From NCBI GenBank assembly GCA_963822965.1, contig CAWGJT010000005.1, positions 608,001 to 672,000 on the forward strand: a DNA stretch of 64,000 bases. The letters run 5' to 3'. Numbering within the stretch: the first letter of the stretch is position 1; each line of letters begins with the position of its first letter. The notes under the pieces were generated by a model, which searched no databases, was not told the origin of the DNA, and saw only the letters and a program-made list of their open reading frames with translations. The position numbers and the translations under genes were made by a program. Shown here piece after piece: positions 51,896-61,465 of this stretch. The DNA is from an uncultured delta proteobacterium (GTDB taxonomy: Bacteria > Myxococcota_A > UBA9160 > UBA4427).

Positions 51896-53189
51896 ATGGA
51901 AATCATCCAGGCCCTGGCCGCGTTCTTCGTGTTCTTCGCGGTGGCCTCGGCCATCGTCCAGCTGGTCTTCTGCTACTCGCTGCAGGTCCTGGCGGAGAAG
52001 AACGAGCTGCCGGACTTCACGGCCTTCCTGGCGTGGATCCCCCTGCTGAACCTGTATCCGTACATGAAGGTGGGCGGCGGAAGCTTCAAGGCTTCCTCCT
52101 GGGCGCCGTGGGCAGCCTGGTCGGCTTCGGCCTCATCGCGGGCGGTGCCGCCGCGGCCGGCTACGGCGGGCATCGGCTCGGCCGTCGCCGCGGTCGCGTT
52201 CGCGCTGCTGGTCGGTGGTGTACCTGGCGCGCATCGCCATGGGGACGGCCGAGCGCCGGGGCCTGTCTCGCTGGCTCGGGCTGCTCAGCTTCGTGCCGCT
52301 GGCCAACATCGTCGCCTACCCCTACTTCGCGTTTCACGACGGCTTCCGGGCTCCCAACAAGGCGGGCCTGGTGCTCGGGCTGCTGCTGGCGTTCGGCCCG
52401 CTGCCGGGACAGATCGCCATGGTCAACGCGCTGACCGCACACGCCCAGGAAGCGGCCCAGAGCGACCTCGGCAACGGTGTCACCCTCCAGCAGGCGATGG
52501 GCGGTCTGGGCGCCGCCATGGAGATCGGCGCCCAGCTCTCGGCGATCGAGCAGATGGATCCGACCGACCCCGAGCAGGCCGCCCGCATGAGCGAGTCCAT
52601 CGCGGCGCTCCGCGACCGGCTCGCCCAGGACCGCGCGGCCATCGGCGAGGAGGTCGCGGTGGAGATGGACCGGATGCTGCGGGAGCAGGAGACGCGCCTG
52701 CAGGCGTCGGGAACCGCGTCCGGCTCGCCCCAAGTGGTCGTCGCCGCGTCGAATCGGCCCGCGAAGCCCGCGCCTCGGCGCGCGGCCCCGCCCGCACCGC
52801 CCAGCCCGCCGCTCACCGCATCGATCCAGCGCCACGGGGACGACGGCTTCGCGGTCCCCGTGGCGCCGGCCTGCCCGCCGGGCACGGAGCTCCGAGGCGC
52901 AGCGCCGCCCGCCGGAACCCGCGAATGGTGCGAGCGGGTGGGCGTCGACGCCGGCATCAAGCACGGCTGGATGACCGAGTACCACGACAACGGCAATCCG
53001 GCCGTGGCCGGGGAGTATCGCGACGGGCTCCGGGTGGGCGTCTGGACACGCTACTACGAGGACGGCACGAAGCGCGCACAGGCCGAGTTCGAGGACGGTC
53101 TGCAGCACGGCGTGCTGATCTCGTGGGGCCCCGACGGCAGCAAGATCTACGAGCAGTACTTCGAGGGAGGCGCCCCCGCGAGCCGCTGA
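51896..53189 (+). CDS. hypothetical membrane protein with C-terminal MORN-variant repeats, frameshifted
   Basis: AAGGAG RBS; duplicated TM motif AWIPLLN / SFVPLAN; KHGWMTEYHDNG, GVWTRYYEDG, HGVLISWGPDG. Confidence 0.7.
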
Positions 53190-53213
53190 GGGTCGAGGCG
53201 CCACCGCGCTGGG

Positions 53214-54263
53214 TCAGTCCGGAACCACCTCGATGGCGCCGGCCTCGCCGGCCAGCACCTCGCCCACCACGGCGTGCGCGAAGGTGCCCCGCGCCCGCAG
53301 CTCCCCCAGCAGCCGGGACTCGTTCGCGGGCGGGACGGCGAGCAGCAGCCCGCCCGAGGTCTGCGCGTCCGCGAGCACCAGCCGATCGACCTCGTCCACG
53401 GCCTCGTGGAAGCGCGTCTTCGAGGCGACGTAGTCGAGGTTGCGACGACTGCCGCCGGGGACCAGCCCTTCGCGTGCCAGCTCCCGGGCGAATGCAAGGA
53501 CCGGAACCGCCCCCACCCAGACCCGCCCCGCATGCCCGGACGCGGCCAGCAGATTGTGGAGATGGCCGAGCAGCCCGAAGCCCGTGACGTCGGTGGCCGC
53601 CCGCACCCCGGCCGCCAGCGCCGCGTCCCGCGCGCCCGCGTTCAGCGCACAGAGGACGGTCACGAGCTGCTCGCGATCGCGCTCCGCGAGGCGCCCCTGC
53701 TTGAGCGCCTGCGCGGCGATGCCGGCGCCGATCGGCTTGGTGAGGACGAGCTTGTCGCCGGGGCGGGCGCCCGTCTGGGTGAGCACGTGCTCCGGCGCCA
53801 CGGTGCCGAGCACGCACAGCCCGTACTTCAGCTCGGGATCCAGCACCGTGTGCCCGCCGGCGACCGCGCACCCCGCCTCGGCGGCCTTGTCGCGACCGCC
53901 GCGGAAGATGCGCGCCAGCACCTCGCGGGACACGAGATCCTCCGGAAAGCCGCAGACCGCGAGCGCGACCTGGGGCTGGCCGCCCATCGCGTAGACGTCG
54001 GACAGGGCGTTGGCGGCGGCGATCGCACCGAAGACCTCGGGCTCGTCGACGATGGGGGTGATGAAGTCGACCGTCATCACGAGGGGAGAGCCGGATTCCG
54101 GGCGCAGGAGTGCCGCATCCTCCATGGGGCCGACTCCACCGCCGGCGAGCCACGGATGATCGAAAGGCGCCAGGTCTCTCAGGACCTCGACGAGGCCCTC
54201 AGCGGAGAGCTTGCGGGCTCAACCGCCGCCGGGCACGAGCGACGTCAGTCGGATCTCGCTCAC
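53214..54263 (-). CDS. selD: selenide, water dikinase; selenoprotein with in-frame UGA at codon 15
   Basis: AGGAGG RBS, then VSEIRLTSLVPGGG-UGA-ARKLS in frame with EDAA, TVDFITPIVD, ANALSDVYAMGG, GGHT, TDVTGFGLLGH, DAQTSGGLL. Confidence 0.95.
54168..54192 (-). promoter_or_regulatory. candidate bacterial SECIS hairpin
   Basis: Minus strand CGUC-G-AGGUC-CUGAGA-GACCU-GGCG about 27-51 nt downstream of the UGA; includes a rare AGA codon. Confidence 0.6.
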
Positions 54264-54373
54264 CACACCTCCTGCCTTCTGCTGCGTGGGTGCGCGCGTT
54301 CGGGTGCGCGCGTCGGTCAGCATAGGGCGACGGTGGGGACGGCTCCAACTCGACGGCGTCCGTGGGAGGGGGA

Positions 54374-55450
54374 TCAGGCGCTGCCTTCGACCCAGGCCTC
54401 GAGGTTCTCGGGCAGCCGGTCCGCGAAGGCCATCGTCTTCGCGCGATCCCCGAAGTTGGCCTCGAACATGCTGCGATAGTGGGCCTCGAGCCGATCGCTG
54501 AAGAGGCCCACGCTCTTGAGCGACGGGATGATGAAGCCCCGCACGGGACCCGCCACGTTGGTGCGCTGCATCTCGGGGTCGATCCGCTCGCGCTCCTTGG
54601 CGAGCTCGGTGAAGACGGTCTGCGGATCCAGGCCCGCCTCCTTCCAGATCTCGAGCATCGAGACGCGCATGGAGCCCCCGGTTCGCGAATCCACCAGCAG
54701 GCGCGACGCCTCGAACGCGAAGTCCTCGAGCTCGCTCCGCTCGCGCTCGCTGAGCGAGCCCACCGTGGCGGACAGGTACTTCACGCCATAGCCGCAGTGG
54801 CGAGCCTCGTCCCGGGCGACGTACGTGAGCAGCTGCTTCAGCAGCGGCTCCTGGGTGGAGTTGCGCATGTCCCGGAACACGTGCAGCGCGAGACCCTCCA
54901 CGACCATCTGCATGCCCACCGCCTTCTCCATCCAGCTGCCCGTGGCGATGGTGGCGTCGAGCACCTTCTTGAGCGAAGGCGCGATCGGGTATACCTCGTC
55001 GATGAGCTTGATGTAGGCGGCGAAGACCTCGACGTGGCGCGCCTCGTCCAGGGTCTGCGTGGCCGCGTAGAACTTCCCGTCCATGTGCGGCACGGCGCTC
55101 ACCATCTGCGACGCGACCATCAAGGCGCCCTGCTCCCCGTGCAGGAAGTTCGAGAGCAGGAAGGCCGTGCTGCGGCGCGACACCTCCCACTTGAGGGCCG
55201 GGTCGAGGTTCTGCCAGAACTCGGTCTTCTCCACGGGGAAGCCGCCCAGCGAGAAGGTCCGCGAGAAGGCCTCCCGGTCGATTCCCTGACTCCAGTCGAG
55301 ATCGCGCACCGCGATCCACTGGCGATCGAGCGCGTTCGCGTACAGGGTGCGGAGCTGGTCGATCTCGCTCTCGTAGTTCCAGTTGTAGATCGCGGTGAGA
55401 GCGGCCTTCGTCTCGTCGGTGCGGGGGGGGGTCTCGGGGAGTGCGCTCAT
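54374..55450 (-). CDS. ferritin-like diiron protein
   Basis: FLHGEQGAL, DEARHVEVF, VEGLAL, RDEARH (two ExxH motifs). Confidence 0.88.
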   Translation of the reverse strand: MSALPETPPRTDETKAALTAIYNWNYESEIDQLRTLYANALDRQWIAVRDLDWSQGIDREAFSRTFSLGGFPVEKTEFWQNLDPALKWEVSRRSTAFLLSNFLHGEQGALMVASQMVSAVPHMDGKFYAATQTLDEARHVEVFAAYIKLIDEVYPIAPSLKKVLDATIATGSWMEKAVGMQMVVEGLALHVFRDMRNSTQEPLLKQLLTYVARDEARHCGYGVKYLSATVGSLSERERSELEDFAFEASRLLVDSRTGGSMRVSMLEIWKEAGLDPQTVFTELAKERERIDPEMQRTNVAGPVRGFIIPSLKSVGLFSDRLEAHYRSMFEANFGDRAKTMAFADRLPENLEAWVEGSA

Positions 55451-56214
55451 CGCTTCTCGTCTCCGTTGGGCGGGCGGCTCGCCGCCGGTTCGTGGGCGCG
55501 ATTCGGAGCGGACGCGCGTTCCATCCGCTTGAGGAGCTGTTCGCGATGGGCTCGCAGCAGCAGTCGCACACCCTCGTGCGCCTCGGCGGCATCGCGAACC
55601 GCGAGTGCCTGCGAGATGCGCTGGGCGAGCGGGGCCACCACGGCGCGGGGCGGCCGGTGCGCGTGGCGGGGTCGCAGGGCCAGCGCGGGAGCGGGGGCAG
55701 CGAAGACCGTTCGCAGCCCGTTCCGGACGAGCCGCAGCACGAGGTTGCGGCTGGCCTTCGAGATGAGCTGGCCCAGCTCGTCGAGGCTGGCCCGGTAGGC
55801 GTCGTCTCCGAGTCCGGGGTCGGCCAGGGATTCGAGCAGCTCGCGGGCACGCGACAGCTCGCCGTCGGTCGCGTTGCGCACCGCCAGCTCCACCGCGGAG
55901 GTCATCAGGATCTCGTGCACGTCGAGCAGCTGGGTGACCAGCTCGACGCCGGGTCCGCCCTCCAGCTGCAGCAGGTGGCGCACCACCTCGAGGCTCGCGT
56001 CCTCGAGGGGACGCACCCGAGCCCCGCCACCGTGCCGGATGTCCACGAGTCCCAGCTGGTCGAGCTGCTTCAGCGCTTCGCGCACCGAGCCCCGACCCAC
56101 GCCCATCTGCTCGGCCAGTCTCCGTTCGGAGGCGAGGCGCTCGCCGGGCTGGTACTCGCCGCGCAGGATGGCGTCGCGAAGCGCAGCGGTCACGAAATCG
56201 GAGGTGGCACCCAT
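55447..56214 (-). CDS. GntR/FadR family transcriptional regulator
   Basis: ILRGEYQPGERLASER.LAEQMGVGR.SVREAL..L...GLV.IRHG.G; FCD-like C-terminus. Confidence 0.93.
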   Translation of the reverse strand: MGATSDFVTAALRDAILRGEYQPGERLASERRLAEQMGVGRGSVREALKQLDQLGLVDIRHGGGARVRPLEDASLEVVRHLLQLEGGPGVELVTQLLDVHEILMTSAVELAVRNATDGELSRARELLESLADPGLGDDAYRASLDELGQLISKASRNLVLRLVRNGLRTVFAAPAPALALRPRHAHRPPRAVVAPLAQRISQALAVRDAAEAHEGVRLLLRAHREQLLKRMERASAPNRAHEPAASRPPNGDEKR

Positions 56215-56224
56215 GGATTCAGTC

Positions 56225-56254
56225 TGGTCCGACCACTCGAAATTGGTCGGACCA
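56225..56254. promoter_or_regulatory. two FadR-subfamily operator palindromes, probably autoregulatory
   Basis: TGGTCCGACCA (56225-56235) and TGGTCGGACCA (56244-56254) just upstream of the regulator start. Confidence 0.8.
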
Positions 56255-56317
56255 TTTTGCCCGGTCGATGGCAGACCGCAAGGGCGGCGCCACCGAGGGT
56301 GGTCGGGGAGAGCTCCG

Positions 56318-56354
56318 AAAACGAAGAAGCCCGCCGGCTGGAAAGCGGCGGGCT
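56318..56354 (-). terminator. intrinsic terminator on the minus strand
   Basis: Minus strand AGCCCGCCG-CTTTCCAGC-CGGCGGGCT-TCTTCGTTTT. Confidence 0.75.
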
Positions 56355-56379
56355 CGAAATGCGCGATATGTTGGCTAGG

Positions 56380-56407
56380 AATTTAGCACAGATCTCGATC
56401 TTGTCAA
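56380..56407 (-). promoter_or_regulatory. sigma70-type promoter with extended -10
   Basis: Minus strand TTGACA-16 nt-TAAATT, preceded by TGn. Confidence 0.65.
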
Positions 56408-56556
56408 TGGGGGGATCGAGAAATCACGATTCACCTCTCGAGATCGAGGGTGGACCGCTCGAAAACGGGGAAATCGGGCACACGAACGCCGTTTCGTCGA
56501 TCTCGAACGGCGAGCTGCCGGCCCGGCCGCCCACAACCGGCCCGGACCGGGCCAGC

Positions 56557-56700
56557 TCAGCGGATGCGAGAGCCTTCAGCGGATGCGAGAGCCTTCAGCG
56601 GATGCGAGAGCCTGCGTGCGAGAGCCTCAGCGGATGCGAGAGCCCTCACCGGATGCGAGAGCCCTCAGCGGATGCGAGCGCCTCAGCTGATGCGAGCGAC
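56557..56700. repeat. 18-19 bp tandem repeat TCAGCGGATGCGAGAGCC(T), about 8 copies
   Basis: Units at 56557, 56576, 56595, partial 56614, 56627, 56646, 56665, 56683; the last unit is the 3' end of the MDR gene. Confidence 0.92.
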
Positions 56701-57841
56701 GGACTTCGGCAGATCCTTCGCGACCCGGATGATCGGGATGCCCGTCTGCTTGTTCTGGTGCATCTCCTCGAAGCACCGCGGCAGGTCCTCGAACGGGTAG
56801 ATCTCGCCGTGGATGGTCGGCTTGAAGACGCTTCCGTACAGCTCGGTGGCGGCGTTGCAGCCCGCCACGGTCTCGTAGTGGGTGTGGTCGAGGGTGATCT
56901 GCTTGGTGGAGGCGCCGGCCGAGTTGTAGTGGATGGCCGTGTCGAGCTGCCACCCGGCGCTCACGTTGACGCCCTGGCGGGAGGCCACCGCGAGGCCGGC
57001 GGGGAAGACGGGGCCCCGCAGCATGTCGCATACGATGTGCATGCCCGTCGAGCCCGTCAGCCGCTTGCACTCGGCGCTGAAGGCCTTGACATCGTCCCGG
57101 GAGGCAAAGCGATTGAAGGCCTTCTGATCGATGCCGACGATGCCGAGCTCTTCGAGGGCCTTGCGGCGCTCCGGGCTGCCGGAGCAGAAGAACGCCCGGT
57201 GCCCCTGGGACTTCGCCAGCATCAGGAAGAGCTCTCCGACGCCCCCGCCGAAGCTCAGCACGTTCAGGACCGCCAGATGCTCCCGGCTGACCTTCAGCCG
57301 GAAGATCCCGAGGGCCCGGCGCCAGAGGTGGTAGGCGGTGGGAGCGCGCAGCGGCAGGGCGGCCATCTCCCACAGGCTCAGGCCGCAGTCGAGGGGCGCG
57401 GGAACGAGCTGCCATTCCCCGACCACCGCCTCCTCGGCATACCAGCCGACCGACTCGGGCTGGTCGTAGGCCCAGATCCGCAGGGGATATCCGTAGGGGT
57501 CGGGCTCGCCGTTGCAGTGGGTGAGGGCCACGTCGCCCTTCCGGAAGCGGGTGACCTCGGCGCCCGACCGCGATCACCTCGCCAACGGCCGAGTTGCCCG
57601 GGTAGATCTTGCCGCCCCGGATGTCGGCGATGTTGACGGTGTCGGCCAGGGCCGCGTGATCGACGTTGTGCTCGCCCGAGGCCGCCAGGATCCGGAGATG
57701 CACGTCCCGGGGTCCCATCTCGCGCAGCTCGAGCTCGTCGAGCGCGATCACACGGGAGACGTCGACCTTGGAGAGATCGTTCCCGACGCGCTCTCGCTCG
57801 GCGGCGATGGCGTCGGTGGAGATGGAGAAGGCTCGGGGCAT
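56683..57841 (-). CDS. medium-chain dehydrogenase/reductase (zinc-binding ADH superfamily), frameshift near 57560
   Basis: V.L.ILAAS, PGNSAVGEVIAVG..V..F.KGDV, AALPL..PTAY, GGGVG, IYPFEDL. Confidence 0.8.
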
Positions 57842-58022
57842 CGGGGGTCCTCTTGGGCTCGGGGCTCGCGTGGGGGGGGCGCCCTGGGAGGGCGGAAGCT
57901 GGCGCACGGTACAGCCCCTGGGGTGTCCTCTTCAACCCCTCGATGACGCTCGGCGACCAGACGGGCGGGGCGCACCAGAAGGCGGTTTACGGGCCGGCAC
58001 GAGAGCCGCAGACTCTGGCCCC

Positions 58023-59024
58023 ATGGCCCGCTTCCTGGTGTATTTCGTGGTGGTGCTGCTGGCGATCGCGCTGCTCCCGCCGCTCGCTGCCGACCTCTTC
58101 GACTATCGCGCCGACCCCGAGCTGGTGCCGTCGGCCGGTCGCCGGGTGGACGTTGGCGAGGGTCGCTTCCTGCAGGTGGTCGAGCAGGGAGCCGGCCCCG
58201 ACGTCGTGCTCGTCCACGGCCTGCCGGGCACGGCCGCCGACTGGGCGGGGACGCCGGCGGCGCTCGCGAACCTCGGCCACCACGTGGTCGCCTACGACCG
58301 GGTGGGGTACGGACATTCGAGTCGCGAGCCCGAGCCGACCAACCGCTACACGTACCGATCGAACGCTGAGGATCTTCTCGGCCTGCTGGACGCCCTGGGG
58401 CTCGAACGGCCGGTGCTGGTGGGATGGTCGTACGGGGGGGCGGTCGCCCAGACCTTCGCCCAGGAGCATCCCGATCGGGTGTCGGCACTCGTCCTGATCG
58501 GTGCCGTCGGGCCGGCGGAGGCGCGAGCCGCGGACGAAGGGGGCGTCGTCGACGCGCTCACGTCGAGCGCGGTGGGAAACGAGATCTTCGACTGGCTGGG
58601 GTCGGTCCCGCCCCTGGGTCGGGCGGTGACGCGGGGCGTGTTGGTGGACGCCTTCTCGAACGAGCAGGCGATTCCGGAGGGCTGGGTCGACTACACCCGC
58701 GCGGCCCTCGAGCTGCCGGGCACCTTCCAGGCCTTCGTCCAGGAGGTCCAGCGCAACGATCCGGGGGCGCTCCAGCCGCAGCTCCTCGACCTGCCCGCGC
58801 TCGTGCTGCACGGCACCGAGGACCGCCTCGTTCCGTATGCGGTGGGCGAGGATCTGGACGCGCGACTGCCTCGGTCCAAGCTCGAGACGGTCTTCGGCGG
58901 CAGCCACATGCTGCCGGTCACACACCCCGAGCTCGTCGCGAAGGCGATCCACGAGCTCTCCGTCGGGGCATACATCCTCGACCCGGCGGTCGCCGACCCC
59001 ACCGCGGCCGCCGTCCAGCCCTGA
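58023..59024 (+). CDS. alpha/beta hydrolase with N-terminal anchor
   Basis: VLVHG, YDRVGYGHS, GWSYGG nucleophile elbow, HGTED, SHM. Confidence 0.92.
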   Translation: MARFLVYFVVVLLAIALLPPLAADLFDYRADPELVPSAGRRVDVGEGRFLQVVEQGAGPDVVLVHGLPGTAADWAGTPAALANLGHHVVAYDRVGYGHSSREPEPTNRYTYRSNAEDLLGLLDALGLERPVLVGWSYGGAVAQTFAQEHPDRVSALVLIGAVGPAEARAADEGGVVDALTSSAVGNEIFDWLGSVPPLGRAVTRGVLVDAFSNEQAIPEGWVDYTRAALELPGTFQAFVQEVQRNDPGALQPQLLDLPALVLHGTEDRLVPYAVGEDLDARLPRSKLETVFGGSHMLPVTHPELVAKAIHELSVGAYILDPAVADPTAAAVQP

Positions 59025-59057
59025 GCGAGCCACCCCCAACCCATCCGGGAGACCCCC

Positions 59058-60494
59058 ATGCCCCTGCCCCTTCCCGAGTACGAGCACTACGACGCCGTCG
59101 GTCTCGCCGAGCTGGTGCGGCGCGGCGACGTGCATCCCAGCGAGCTGCTCGAGGCCGCGATCGCCCGCAGCGAGGAGCGCAACCCCGCGCTCAACGCCAT
59201 CGTCATCGACCTGCAGAAGCAGGCGCACGAAGCCGTGGCCGCCGGCCTGCCCGACGGTCCCCTCCGCGGCGTACCCTTCCTGCTCAAAGACCTGCACCTG
59301 ATGCTCGCGGGAACCCGCTCGACCAACGGCAGCGTTCTCTTCCAGGACCAGGTGGCCGACCACGACAGCGTCCTGGTGGAGCGCTACCGGAACGCGGGGC
59401 TGGTCGTCTTCGGCAAGACGCACTCCCCCGAATTCGGACTCACCGCCACCACCGAGTCGCGCCTCTTCGGCCAGACCCGCAACCCCTGGAACCTGGAGCA
59501 CAGCTCCGGCGGGTCGTCGGGCGGCGCCAGCAGCGCCGTCGCCGCCGGCATCGTGCCTGCTGCCAATGCCAGCGACGGAGGCGGATCGATCCGCATTCCC
59601 GCATCGTGCTGTGGTCTGTTCGGGCTGAAGCCCACCCGCGGACGCACCCCGATGGGCCCCGACGCCGGGGAAGGTTGGAGCGGGATGAGCTGCGTGCACG
59701 CCGTCACCCGGAGCGTGCGGGACAGCGCCGCGCTGCTCGACGCCACCCACGGTGCCGACCCCGGCATGCCCTACCGGGCCCCCGAGCCGCGGCGGCCCTA
59801 CCTCGACGAGGTGGGTGCCGACCCGGGCCGCCTGCGCATCTCGGTCCAGCGCGCGCCCTGGAACGGCTCGGCCCTCCACCCCGACTGCGCCGCCGCCGTC
59901 GACGCGGCGGGGAAGCTCCTCGCCAGCCTGGGACACCCCGTCGAGGAGACGCCCCTGGCGATCGACTTCGACGTGCTCGGGCCGGCCACGGGCGTGATCA
60001 TGTCCGCCAATCTGCGGGCCACGGTGGACGATCGGCTCGCCACGCTGGGCCGTGGGCTGCGAGACGACGATCTCGAGCCGATCACCCGGGCCATCTACGA
60101 GTCCGCCGCGAAGCACTCCGCGGCGGACTACGCGCGCGCCGTGCGCGCAATCCACGCGGCGGGGCGCAGCGTCGACGCGCATCTGCAGCGCTACGACCTG
60201 ATCCTGTCGCCCACCCAGGCGACGCCGCCCCTGCGCCTGGGGGCGATCTCGCTCTCCAATCCGGATCTCGCGAGCTACGGCCGCGACATCGTCGCGACCG
60301 TCGGCTTCACCCAGCTCTTCAACGCCTCGGGACACCCCGCCGCATCGGTGCCGCTCCACTGGAACGACGCGGGCCTGCCCGTGGGCATCCAGCTCGCCGC
60401 CGGCTTCGGCGACGAAGCGACGCTCTTCCGCGTCGCCTCGCAGCTCGAAGCCGCGCAGCCCTGGCGGGAGCGCAGGCCGTCGTTGCCGGCCTAG
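59058..60494 (+). CDS. amidase (amidase-signature family)
   Basis: [50 protein letters not shown]. Confidence 0.95.
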   Translation: MPLPLPEYEHYDAVGLAELVRRGDVHPSELLEAAIARSEERNPALNAIVIDLQKQAHEAVAAGLPDGPLRGVPFLLKDLHLMLAGTRSTNGSVLFQDQVADHDSVLVERYRNAGLVVFGKTHSPEFGLTATTESRLFGQTRNPWNLEHSSGGSSGGASSAVAAGIVPAANASDGGGSIRIPASCCGLFGLKPTRGRTPMGPDAGEGWSGMSCVHAVTRSVRDSAALLDATHGADPGMPYRAPEPRRPYLDEVGADPGRLRISVQRAPWNGSALHPDCAAAVDAAGKLLASLGHPVEETPLAIDFDVLGPATGVIMSANLRATVDDRLATLGRGLRDDDLEPITRAIYESAAKHSAADYARAVRAIHAAGRSVDAHLQRYDLILSPTQATPPLRLGAISLSNPDLASYGRDIVATVGFTQLFNASGHPAASVPLHWNDAGLPVGIQLAAGFGDEATLFRVASQLEAAQPWRERRPSLPA

Positions 60495-60535
60495 CCTGGA
60501 CGCCGGGGGAGCGCCGCCCCCCGGCCGCCGTGCAC

Positions 60536-61291
60536 TCAGGCGGGCACGGCGCGCAGCGCGACTGGCTCGGACGGTTGTGGATCCGCGCGAAGCTGCTCGA
60601 GCAGCTCGGTCTGCGAACGCACGCCCAGCTTGCGGTAGATCGACTTCAGGTGGTTGCGAACCGTATTGGGACTGATCTCTAGCTCGCGGGCGATGGTCGA
60701 GACGCGCAGCCCCGTGCGGAGACGCTCGAGCACTTCCCACTCGCGCGGGCTCACGAGACGCAGCCGATCGACGAGGGCGCTCGGATAGGTCGCCGCACGG
60801 CCCGCGGCATCGAGCCCCAGCTCCGACAGCTCGAGGGCGATGCGGCGCAGGCCGCGCTCGAGCTGCCGCACGCGCAGGTTGCCCCTACCGGTCTCGGACT
60901 CCACCTCGGCGAGATACCCCACCAGGGCCATGATCAACGCCCGCTCGTTCGCGTCGATCCCGTCGATCTCGTGGGAGAGGAGCGCCAGCACGTCGCACGG
61001 CCCCTCGCTTCCCAGGGGAACGAGGAACGCCGAGCGCACCTGGTAGCCACGAATCCAGTGCTCGCCGGTAGGACACTCGCGGATGTAGAGGGGGGTGGCG
61101 GCACGAGCGACCTTCGCCACCACGCTCTTCTCGTCGTCGAGCGGGAAGCGCAGATCGGGATCACACCGGCACGACTCGGGCGAGGAGCCCTCGGTGTCGT
61201 GCCAGAGCCCCTTGCGGATCTCCAGATTCCGCTGCCGGTCGTCGAGGGCGAAGTATCCGAAGTAGAGCTCCGTTCGGTCGAGCTCCGTCAT
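60536..61291 (-). CDS. LuxR-type HTH regulator with GAF-like N-terminal domain
   Basis: SPREWEVL..L..G.....IARELEISPNTVRNHLKSIYRKLGV.SQ.EL; AGGAG RBS before ATG 61291. Confidence 0.88.
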   Translation of the reverse strand: MTELDRTELYFGYFALDDRQRNLEIRKGLWHDTEGSSPESCRCDPDLRFPLDDEKSVVAKVARAATPLYIRECPTGEHWIRGYQVRSAFLVPLGSEGPCDVLALLSHEIDGIDANERALIMALVGYLAEVESETGRGNLRVRQLERGLRRIALELSELGLDAAGRAATYPSALVDRLRLVSPREWEVLERLRTGLRVSTIARELEISPNTVRNHLKSIYRKLGVRSQTELLEQLRADPQPSEPVALRAVPA

Positions 61292-61465
61292 GATCACTCC
61301 TGTCGGGGGGGGACATCGACCGCGCTCGGTTGTCTCGTGTCGGTCGCGCGGGTCGGTGTTGGGAACGAGGAGCTTAGGCGGACGAATGCAAATCGAAATG
61401 ACCCGCGCGAGGTCGATCCTCTAGCCATTCCAGGCCATTTCCGACCGGATTCGGTCAGTCTGCTG

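Noticed and set aside
54219..54221. selD nonsense pseudogene
   Set aside because: The TGA is at the catalytic Cys/Sec position with a downstream hairpin, better explained as selenocysteine.
55423..55431. G9 tract as a phase-variation switch (also G8 at 61305-61312)
   Set aside because: The G9 tract is in frame and the G8 tract is upstream of the luxR RBS; no evidence of variation, and homopolymer lengths are unreliable in this assembly.
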